From Clostridia bacterium (GTDB lineage Bacteria > Bacillota > Clostridia > Oscillospirales > CAG-272): a DNA stretch of 55,775 bases. The DNA is taken from positions 1-55,775 of the forward strand of contig JAFTZI010000061.1 of NCBI GenBank assembly GCA_017461055.1. Direction: 5' to 3'. Shown here piece after piece: positions 1 through 7,933 of the stretch. The position numbers and the translations under genes were made by a program. Below the pieces are notes generated by a model, which saw nothing but the letters and a program-made list of their open reading frames with translations, had not been told where the DNA came from and did no database searches. Numbering within the stretch: the first letter of the stretch is position 1; each line of letters starts with the position of its first letter.

Positions 1-5
1 AGAAA

Positions 6-237
6 GCCTTCTCTTGTGAGAGAAGGGGGACCGCTTTAGCGGTGGATGAGTAGTTGTTTAACTATAAAACACCTCATCCGTCACGCTTTGCGTGCCACCT
101 TTCTCGCTGCGGCTCGGTCACATTGTGGCTCTAACACTCACTGAGTGTTATTCACTACCACAATGCCGCTCCGCTACCCACTGGAGAAGGCTATTTGTTT
201 ATATTGTACAATTGATTTTCTTAATGCAACAGCCCCT
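6..237. repeat. Palindromic intergenic repeat, CCTTCTC/GAGAAGG family (family B), carrying a 72-bp nested insert
   Basis: Hairpins GCCTTCTCTTGTGAGAGAAGG and CCTTTCTC..CACTGGAGAAGG plus pairing GGTGGATGAG/CTCATCC..CCACC; colinear copy at 51740-51890, partial copies at 55611 and 13094. Confidence 0.8.
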
Positions 238-324
238 TGTCACAATACGGGAGAAGCAAAGAGACCCTCAAAGCGAAAAATGAGCCTTGGAGTTCGCGTG
301 GAAAGTCCCTCCCTACCATTAAAT

Positions 325-398
325 ATTTCACGTTGCGTTTGCAACATTTCACTCGACTTTGGTCAAATTTCACCGAGCCTTGCTCGATATCACTGCAA
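325..398 (-). repeat. GTGAAAT-linker/hairpin array (family D), copy 1
   Basis: ATTTCAC at 325, 346, 367 and ATATCAC at 387, separated by short hairpins; reverse-complement homolog at 12738-12836. Confidence 0.8.
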
Positions 399-414
399 AT
401 TAACGAATGTTAAT

Positions 415-640
415 TTGCTACCCACCGAGCCGTGTAAGGCGAAAATTTGAACCTTGTGTTAACAAGGGTGGTGTCCTCATAATATCTTTACTGCTTCCAA
501 CATCTATCATCGCCTGTCCGGCAAAAGCCTCGTTAAGAGAGGGAAGATAGGAGGCCTGCAAACCAATATTGGATATTGGACTCCATTTTTAAAAGTGTAG
601 CTCGAATACATCACCTTATCACGCACTAAGCAGGAATACA
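415..640 (-). ncRNA. ssrS: 6S RNA (probable)
   Basis: On the minus strand the 5' segment GCGTGATAAGGTGA..TTCGAGCT pairs with the 3' segment GGTTCAAA..TCGCCTTACACG; 3' bubble motif CACCACC-CTTG..CAAGGTTCAAA resembles Clostridial 6S; TATAAT about 7 nt upstream (646-651); no credible ORF. Confidence 0.7.
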
Positions 641-684
641 ATTATATTATATTCAGTATTTCGTAAAATATAGCAGTATGACGT

Positions 685-951
685 TTATTTTTTGTCGTGG
701 TCAACTATATTGATACGCGAGTCAAATATTGGGCAAACCTTGTCAAGCTCAGCCCCTTCAACAGGCACATAGGTGTCCTCTTTTTTGTCAGCCTTGACTC
801 TTTTGAGCACATAGTATTCTGTGGGAGCAATAGCAACATATGCGCTACCGTCAATTTCACATTCATCTATAAGCTCATAAACGCTTTCGCTTCCGTCATC
901 ATTTGTAAATGTAAGAAAGCGCTTATTTTCACCCTTCATATTGTAACTCAT
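685..951 (-). CDS. DUF1292 family small acidic protein
   Basis: 88 aa, LTFTNDDGSE..YELIDE..IDG..YVAI pattern; AAGGAG RBS. Confidence 0.7.
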   Translation of the reverse strand: MSYNMKGENKRFLTFTNDDGSESVYELIDECEIDGSAYVAIAPTEYYVLKRVKADKKEDTYVPVEGAELDKVCPIFDSRINIVDHDKK

Positions 952-997
952 CTCCTTATTTATATAATACCATTTTTCAAGCTAATTGTCAATAACC

Positions 998-2215
998 TTA
1001 TATTTCCTCATTTTTGTTGTCGCCAAAATGCTTAACCACAACAATTTGACGGGTGCTGTAAGCCTCCTCAACAAGAGCATCAAAGTCAAGCTTGTTTTCC
1101 TCAGCCAAAACAGATTCAAGCTCAGGTCTTGTTCTCGGATGGCGAGGAGTAAATACAGTACAGCAGTCCTCATATGGAAGAACAGAGGTTTCAAAAGCGC
1201 CGATTTTTCTTGAAACAGAAATAATTTCTTCCTTGTCCATACCAATCAAGGGACGGTAAATCGGAATATCGGAAAGCACGTTAGTCACATTAATAGCCTT
1301 CATAGTCTGGCTTGCAACCTGACCTAAGCTCTCTCCTGTAATAATAGCCTCGCAATCGTACTGATGGGCAAGCTTAACCGAAATTGCCATCATATATCTT
1401 CTTAAAAGCAAGGTAAAGTAGTCCTCATCGCAGTTATCGCGAATAAGCTCTTGAATTTTAGTAAGAGAAACGATGTGAACTCTGATTCTCAAGGTATAAT
1501 CCGTTAAAATCTTTGCAAGCTCCAAAACCTTTTCGCGAGCACGCTCCGAGGTATAAGGAAAGCTTTCAAAGTGAATAGCCTCAAGCTGAACACCGCGCTT
1601 AGCCATCATAAAGCCCGCAACAGGGGAATCAATTCCGCCGGAGAGCAAAAGCAGACCGCGACCGCTTGAGCCGTAAGGAATACCGCCTGCGCCCTTTTCC
1701 TGTCCTGCGTGAATAAAGGCTTCCTTTTCTCTTATCTCAACACGCAAAACAACCTCGGGATTGTGAACATCTACCTTAATTCCGCGTACACTTGAAAGCA
1801 CACAGCCGCCAACCTCATTCGATATTTCGGGAGAGGTTAAAGGAAAACGCTTGTCCGATCTTTTTGCCTCAACCTTAAAGGTCTTATACGGTCTTAATCT
1901 TTCGGGCATAAGTGTTCTTACAACCTCTAAAATTTCAGCCATATCCTTTTTACAGGTGTAGGCGCGAGAAACACCTACAAAGCCAAAAACGTGCTTTGCG
2001 TGCCAGTACATTTCATCAATTCTCTCGATTGCCTCATCGTCCATCGGCTCAATATAAATTGTGCTTTGAGAATAGAAAACATTGAAATTACCGATACGTC
2101 TTGACCTTAATCTTAATTCCTTAAGCATTTTCTTTTCAAAATCGCCGCGGTTAGCGCCCTTAAGCACAACCTCGCCGTATTTACATAAAATTACTTCCTT
2201 GATATTTTCAATCAT
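998..2215 (-). CDS. thiI: tRNA 4-thiouridine synthase ThiI
   Basis: KYGEVVLKGANR start, THUMP domain, PP-loop LLSGGIDSPVA, GESLGQVASQT, PYEDCC. Confidence 0.95.
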   Translation of the reverse strand: MIENIKEVILCKYGEVVLKGANRGDFEKKMLKELRLRSRRIGNFNVFYSQSTIYIEPMDDEAIERIDEMYWHAKHVFGFVGVSRAYTCKKDMAEILEVVRTLMPERLRPYKTFKVEAKRSDKRFPLTSPEISNEVGGCVLSSVRGIKVDVHNPEVVLRVEIREKEAFIHAGQEKGAGGIPYGSSGRGLLLLSGGIDSPVAGFMMAKRGVQLEAIHFESFPYTSERAREKVLELAKILTDYTLRIRVHIVSLTKIQELIRDNCDEDYFTLLLRRYMMAISVKLAHQYDCEAIITGESLGQVASQTMKAINVTNVLSDIPIYRPLIGMDKEEIISVSRKIGAFETSVLPYEDCCTVFTPRHPRTRPELESVLAEENKLDFDALVEEAYSTRQIVVVKHFGDNKNEEI

Positions 2216-3462
2216 CTTATGTGTCCGTCACCCTTTATAATATATTTTTGCGTAGTAAGCGCACTCAGTCCCATAGGGCCTCTTGCGTGTAGCTTTTGTG
2301 TGGAAATACCGATTTCAGCACCTAAGCCGAATTCACCGCCGTCGGTAAATCTTGTAGAAGCATTTACATAAAGCGCGCAGGAGTCAATGCTGTTAACGAA
2401 ATAATCAGCGTTTCTGTGGTTTTCGGTAATAATACTTTCACTGTGTCCTGTTGAGTATTTTCTTATGTGTTCAACAGCCTCATAAACGTCATTTACCACC
2501 TTACAGCTAATGATATAATCATCATATTCTGTATCAAAATCAACCTCGGTTGCTAGGTCAATTTGCGGCAAAATCGTACACGTGTCGCCACATCCTCTGA
2601 ATTCAAGGCTGTATTTTCTTGTTTCCTCATAGAACCTGTTTAAAAATTCCGAGGCTACGCTTTTGTGCACAAGAACGGTTTCGATAGCATTGCAAACGGA
2701 AGGACGTGAGCATTTTGCATTAACGGCAACCTTAACTGCCATATCAATGCAAGCGCTTTCATCTACATATAAATGGCAATTTCCCGCCCCCGTTTCAATA
2801 ACAGGAACACGGGCATTGTTAACCACGTTTTGAATAAGACCCTTGCCGCCGCGAGGAATTAAAACGTCCACGTAGCCGCGCATTTCCATAAGGATGGACG
2901 CGCTTTCTCTTGTGGTATTTTCAATTAAGCAAACGCAATTTTCATCAAAGCCGCAGTCCTTAAGCGCCTGTCTTATTATTTTAACAATTTGCTTGTTTGT
3001 GTTAATTGCTTCCTTTCCGCCACGCAGAACAACCGCATTTCCGCTCTTTAAGCAAAGCGCGGCTGCATCGGGAGTTACGTTGGGGCGCGCCTCATATATC
3101 ATTGCAACAACGCCGAGAGGAACACTGACGCACTCAATTTTAAGTCCGTTTGGACGTGTAAAGGTGTTACCTGCGCCAATTGGGTCAGGCAAGGACACAA
3201 CGTGTAAAATAGCATCGGACAAGGATTTAACCCTTGCTTCATTAAGCATAAGACGGTCAAGCATAGCCTGAGCTATGCCGTTGTCCTTAGCATTTTTTAA
3301 ATCTATGTCATTTGCCTTAATTATTTCATCGCTACCAAGGCTTATTGCTTCCGCAATTTTAACAAGAGCATTGTTTCGCTCGCTTGTGCTTTTTTTACCA
3401 AGGCTATATGACGCAGTCTTTGCCCCTTGGCAAAGCTCCTTTATTTCATTATAAAGCTCCAT
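2212..3462 (-). CDS. proA: Gamma-glutamyl phosphate reductase
   Basis: PLGVVAMIYEARPNVT, RPSVCNAIE, NASTRFTDGGEFGLGAEIGISTQKLHARGP; adjacent to proB. Confidence 0.97.
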   Translation of the reverse strand: MELYNEIKELCQGAKTASYSLGKKSTSERNNALVKIAEAISLGSDEIIKANDIDLKNAKDNGIAQAMLDRLMLNEARVKSLSDAILHVVSLPDPIGAGNTFTRPNGLKIECVSVPLGVVAMIYEARPNVTPDAAALCLKSGNAVVLRGGKEAINTNKQIVKIIRQALKDCGFDENCVCLIENTTRESASILMEMRGYVDVLIPRGGKGLIQNVVNNARVPVIETGAGNCHLYVDESACIDMAVKVAVNAKCSRPSVCNAIETVLVHKSVASEFLNRFYEETRKYSLEFRGCGDTCTILPQIDLATEVDFDTEYDDYIISCKVVNDVYEAVEHIRKYSTGHSESIITENHRNADYFVNSIDSCALYVNASTRFTDGGEFGLGAEIGISTQKLHARGPMGLSALTTQKYIIKGDGHIR

Positions 3463-3475
3463 TTAAATTACCTCG

Positions 3476-4261
3476 TTAATTCTTTTTAGCCGCAAAGTAT
3501 GTGCCGATATGCTTACCGTCTAAAATGTCGTAAAGCTTATAAGGATTTTCACCGTTTATTATAAGCATAGGAATACCGTTTTCGGTAGCAATTTTAGCAG
3601 CCTCAATCTTAGTTGACATACCTCCCGTACCGCGCTTGGAGCCTGCGCCGCCTGCGTAAGCTCTTATTTCATCGTTGATTTCTTCAACTCTGTCAATAAG
3701 CACAGCATCGTCAAATTTTCTCGGGTCCTTATTGTAAAGACCGTCAATATCACTCATATTAATAATGAAATCAGCATCACAGGCAATACCAACATAGGCA
3801 GAAAGAGTATCGTTTCCGCCAAAGCGAATACCGTCACAGGAAACAGAGTCGTTTTCGTTAACAATGGGCACACAGCCCATAGACATTAGGGCATTAAAGG
3901 TGTTTTTAACAAGCTCAAGTCTGTGGCTGTCATCAACAACGTCCTTAGTCATAAGAATTTGCGCAACGGTTTGACCGTAATTGCCGAAAAAGTTCTCGTA
4001 AATCTTCATTAGCTGACTCTGACCAACAGCGGCGCAAGCCTGCTTCTTTTCAAGAGTATCCGGGTATTCGGTAAGACCCAGGCGGGCATAGCCTGCGCTG
4101 ACAGCACCCGAGCTTACAAGAGCAACCTCGTACCCTGCGTTCTTGAAATCGCAAAGAGTACGCACCAATGCCTCAATCCTTCTGAAATTAAGTGAGCCGT
4201 TGGGATATGTTAAGGTAGATGTGCCTATTTTAACAACAATTCTTTTGTAATTCCTGATCAT
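3476..4261 (-). CDS. proB: Glutamate 5-kinase (short form without PUA domain)
   Basis: VVKIGTSTLT, AAVGQ, PIVNENDSV, GDND-like GGNDTLSA, GTGGMSTKIEAA. Confidence 0.95.
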   Translation of the reverse strand: MIRNYKRIVVKIGTSTLTYPNGSLNFRRIEALVRTLCDFKNAGYEVALVSSGAVSAGYARLGLTEYPDTLEKKQACAAVGQSQLMKIYENFFGNYGQTVAQILMTKDVVDDSHRLELVKNTFNALMSMGCVPIVNENDSVSCDGIRFGGNDTLSAYVGIACDADFIINMSDIDGLYNKDPRKFDDAVLIDRVEEINDEIRAYAGGAGSKRGTGGMSTKIEAAKIATENGIPMLIINGENPYKLYDILDGKHIGTYFAAKKN

Positions 4262-4388
4262 AATATATAAAACCTCAAAATTAGTAAAATTCGCTTGAAT
4301 AAACTCTGCAAATATAGTATAATAAGACTGTTAGTAATATTATATATGGTAAAGCACAAAATTTCAAGTGTTTTGAAAGGAAAAGAGT

Positions 4389-4694
4389 ATGAAAGAAAAA
4401 ATTTATGTAGAAATAAAGGGAATTAAGCTTGGTATTGTTACCGAGGACGGAGCCGAATATGTAGAAAGAATTGCAAATCAGCTTCAGACCCAGCTTGATT
4501 CTATGATGAAGGCGCAAAGGAATTGCACACTTGTTGAGGCTGCTCTCTTTACAGCTATGAGCCTTCACAGTCAATGCGAGGAAAACGAAAAGAAGCTTAA
4601 GAATGTTGAGACTCAGTTAGCTATTTACCAGGCAAACGTAAACAGACTAAGAGTTGAAAACGAAGAATTAAGAACAAGACTTGCGCAAAAATGA
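4389..4694 (+). CDS. zapA: Cell division protein ZapA
   Basis: 101 aa, N-terminal beta hairpin, EYVERIA, C-terminal coiled coil; typical zapA-U32 synteny. Confidence 0.75.
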   Translation: MKEKIYVEIKGIKLGIVTEDGAEYVERIANQLQTQLDSMMKAQRNCTLVEAALFTAMSLHSQCEENEKKLKNVETQLAIYQANVNRLRVENEELRTRLAQK

Positions 4695-6682
4695 GAAAAA
4701 CAGAGCTTTTAGCTCCGGCAGGAGATAAGGACGCCCTTGTGTCCGCCATTGCAAGCGGTGCCAATGCGGTATATTTTGGCTTAGATATATTCAATGCAAG
4801 AATAAGAGCCGAAAACTTTACCCTTGATACAGTGGAGGAATCGGTCAAGCTTTGCCATGCTCACGGTGTTAAGGCATACGTAACCCTTAATACCCAGCTA
4901 TACAATAAGGAGTTACCCTTAATGCTTGAATACGTGGGTCAGCTTTACGAAAAGGGAGTAGATGCTCTGATTGTGGCTGATTTCGGTGTTGCGTCACTAA
5001 TTAAGAGCTATTATCCCGATTTTGAAATTCACGCAAGCACACAGGCAAGCGTTCACAATAAAAACGGAGCAGAGCTTCTTTGTGAGAGGCTGGGCTTTGC
5101 GCGTGTTGTACTTGCAAGAGAGCTTGACAGGGAAAGCATAGAATATATATCAAAATCCGATAAATACGAAACCGAAATATTTGTTCACGGCGCTCACTGT
5201 ATGTCTGTGTCGGGTCAGTGCCTTGCCAGCTTTTGTATGGGCGGACGTAGCGGCAACAGGGGAGAGTGCGCTCAGCCCTGTCGCTTGCCATATACAATAG
5301 GCAAGGAAAAGGGCTATCCCTTAAGCCTGAAGGATATGACCCTGTCAAGTCACATAGAGGACATTTTAAACAGCGGCGCAGCCTCTTTAAAAATAGAGGG
5401 CAGAATGAAAAACAGCGATTATGTAGGCGGCACGGTTGGCATTTGGAGAAGGCTCATAGACCAAAAAAGAAACGCAAATAAGCAGGAAGCATCAACCCTT
5501 AGCGCCCTGTTTTCACGCGGAGGCTTTACAGATGGGTACTTTACAGGCAAAATAGACAAGTCAATGCTTGGCATACGCTCAGATAAGGACAAGGAAACAA
5601 GTCTTTTGCAAAAGACCGAAAAAGTCGAGCTTGAAAGGGTGGGTATTTCCCTTAACGCCGAGCTTTATATCGGCAAGGAGAGTAAGCTGACCTTAACTCA
5701 TATGGGCAGAGCTGTTACCGTTTTTGGTGACATAGTAGAGAGAGCTGCCAATGCTCCTATGTCCTATGATGACGTTAAGAAAAATCTTGTAAAATTCGGC
5801 TCAACTCCGTTTTATGTGAAGAATATTGACATTAAAATGGACGAGGGTATTATGATAAGAAACTCATCTCTTAATGCCTTGCGCAGAATGGGAGTTGAAA
5901 AGCTGTTTGATATGGGCAGAAAAGCTAAGGGAATTACCCTTGAAGCTGAAAAAACAAACACGTCCCTTGATAAAATCAAAACCGCGCTGTTTAACAGCAT
6001 AGAGCAAATACCGCAAAACCACAGCTATTTTGACATAGTGTTTTTGCCCCTTGAGGTGTACTTTAATTCCAAATCGGACAAGTCCCTTGTAAATGGAATT
6101 AAGCTCCCACCTGTTGTTCTTGATAAGGAATGGGACCAGGTTGAAAAAATGCTATCCTATGCCAAGGCGCAGGGAGTAATTTATGCGCTTGTTTCCAACA
6201 TAGGACAGATAGAAAGAGTAAAAGCATATGGCTTTGAGCTAATGGCTGATTTTAGATTTAATGTGTTTAATAGCTATACCCTTGAATTTATAAATAGCCT
6301 TGGTATAAAAAGAGCCATTGTGTCACCCGAGCTGACCTTGGCGCAGCTGAGAGATTTTAAAAACCAAAGCATTATTGCCTACGGTAAATTGCCCACAATG
6401 GTAACCCATAAGTGCGTTTTAAAGGACACGGTGGGCTGTGATAAGTGCAAGGGCTATATAAAGGACAGGCAGGGAGCTATGCTTTACGCACAGGGCATTT
6501 ACGGGCATAGGTGCGTAATTTATAACAGCGTGCCTGTTTATATGGCGGACAAGCCAAAGGACATAGAATGGTATTCTTGCCACTTTATTTTCAGCGATGA
6601 AACAAGAGATGAAGCATACAAAGTAATAGAAGCATACAAAAAAGGACTACCCACGAATAGAGGTATGAAGAGGATAAAATGA
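4691..6682 (+). CDS. U32 family protein with DUF3656-type C-terminal extension (RlhA/TrhP-like RNA hydroxylation protein)
   Basis: ELLAPAG, HASTQ, EIFVHGAHCMSVSGQC, RSGNRGECAQPCR, LKIEGRMK. Confidence 0.85.
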   Translation: MRKTELLAPAGDKDALVSAIASGANAVYFGLDIFNARIRAENFTLDTVEESVKLCHAHGVKAYVTLNTQLYNKELPLMLEYVGQLYEKGVDALIVADFGVASLIKSYYPDFEIHASTQASVHNKNGAELLCERLGFARVVLARELDRESIEYISKSDKYETEIFVHGAHCMSVSGQCLASFCMGGRSGNRGECAQPCRLPYTIGKEKGYPLSLKDMTLSSHIEDILNSGAASLKIEGRMKNSDYVGGTVGIWRRLIDQKRNANKQEASTLSALFSRGGFTDGYFTGKIDKSMLGIRSDKDKETSLLQKTEKVELERVGISLNAELYIGKESKLTLTHMGRAVTVFGDIVERAANAPMSYDDVKKNLVKFGSTPFYVKNIDIKMDEGIMIRNSSLNALRRMGVEKLFDMGRKAKGITLEAEKTNTSLDKIKTALFNSIEQIPQNHSYFDIVFLPLEVYFNSKSDKSLVNGIKLPPVVLDKEWDQVEKMLSYAKAQGVIYALVSNIGQIERVKAYGFELMADFRFNVFNSYTLEFINSLGIKRAIVSPELTLAQLRDFKNQSIIAYGKLPTMVTHKCVLKDTVGCDKCKGYIKDRQGAMLYAQGIYGHRCVIYNSVPVYMADKPKDIEWYSCHFIFSDETRDEAYKVIEAYKKGLPTNRGMKRIK

Positions 6683-7257
6683 AGCTTGTTTTAGCATCAA
6701 AATCACCAAGAAGAAAAGAAATTTTAGAAATGGTGACAACTGATTTTACAGTGCGTACTCAGGACGCAGACGAAAGCTACGGTGAAAGCACACCGCTTGC
6801 TTGCGTGCCGGAGCTTTTGGCAAAGAGAAAGGCTATGGCAACCCCGATTTATGAAGACGAAATTATAATCGGCTGCGATACGGTTGTTGTTTACGAAAAT
6901 AATCTTTTGGGCAAGCCAAGGGACAAGGCAGAGGCAGTTGAAATGCTTCGCCTTTTAAACGGTACAACCCATCAGGTTATAAGCGGCATTTGTGTGCGCA
7001 CAAGGGAAAAAATTTACTCCGAGGCTGTAACCACATATGTTACCTTTAGAAGCTTGGAGGATGAGGAAATTATTTCATATGTTGAGGCATGCTGCCCCTT
7101 AGACAAGGCAGGCGCATACGGAATACAGGAAAGAGCAGGAGCCTTTGTGTCAAAAATCGACGGTGATTTTTACAACGTTGTGGGCTTGCCTCTTTGCAGG
7201 CTTTGCCAGGTTTTAAAAAACGAGCTTGGCTTTAACATACTTAACTTAAACGGTTAG
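6679..7257 (+). CDS. maf: Maf nucleoside triphosphate pyrophosphatase
   Basis: LVLASKSPRR, GCDTVV, GKP, DKAGAYGIQ, NVVGLPL. Confidence 0.93.
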   Translation: MKLVLASKSPRRKEILEMVTTDFTVRTQDADESYGESTPLACVPELLAKRKAMATPIYEDEIIIGCDTVVVYENNLLGKPRDKAEAVEMLRLLNGTTHQVISGICVRTREKIYSEAVTTYVTFRSLEDEEIISYVEACCPLDKAGAYGIQERAGAFVSKIDGDFYNVVGLPLCRLCQVLKNELGFNILNLNG

Positions 7258-7282
7258 TTCCATACTGAAAAGGAGATAGGAC

Positions 7283-7933
7283 TTGACTAAAAAGCAAAAA
7301 AGAGAAAAAATAGCCAAGGTTGTCCTGGCTTTAAAGGAGCTTTACCCAAATGCTGTCTGCTCCCTTGAATATGAGGGGGACCCTTGGAGGCTGTTAATTA
7401 TGGGTCGCTTAAGCGCCCAATGCACAGATGAAAGGGTAAATATTGTATGTAAGGAGCTTTTTTCCAAGCTTCCAACACCAGAGGCTATGGCAAATGCCCC
7501 TTTAAGTGAAATTGAAAGCATTATAAAGCCTTGCGGACTTTTCAGAATGAAGGCTAAAAACATCAAAGACGCGTCTTTTCGCTTAGTAAACGAGTATAAT
7601 GGCAACATGCCGAGTACAATGGAGGAGCTTTTAAGGTTCGAGGGCGTTGGCAGAAAAATTGCCAATTTGCTTTTAGGAGATTTGTTTGGCTTGCCTGCCA
7701 TTGTAGCGGATACCCATTGCATGCGTATTTGCGGAAGGCTGGGAATGTATAAGGAAGGAATGAAGGACCCTTATAAAACGGAAATGATTTTAAGCGAGCT
7801 TGTAGAGCCAAGCGAACAAAGCGACCTGTGTCACCGTCTTGTGCTTTTTGGCAGAGAATACTGCAAGGCGCAAAGCCCAAAATGCGACACGTGTCCCATA
7901 AAAAACATATGTAAGGATGAAAATAATGATTGA
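7283..7933 (+). CDS. nth: Endonuclease III
   Basis: LSAQCTDERVN, HhH GVGRKIAN, ADTH, C-terminal C-x6-C-x2-C-x5-C Fe-S motif; TTG start after AGGAG. Confidence 0.92.
   Translation: MTKKQKREKIAKVVLALKELYPNAVCSLEYEGDPWRLLIMGRLSAQCTDERVNIVCKELFSKLPTPEAMANAPLSEIESIIKPCGLFRMKAKNIKDASFRLVNEYNGNMPSTMEELLRFEGVGRKIANLLLGDLFGLPAIVADTHCMRICGRLGMYKEGMKDPYKTEMILSELVEPSEQSDLCHRLVLFGREYCKAQSPKCDTCPIKNICKDENND

Noticed and set aside
92-450. ORFs 92-283 and 145-450, and likewise 12695-13372 and 48171-48377
   Set aside because: They are translations of palindromic repeat DNA, with no RBS or recognisable domain
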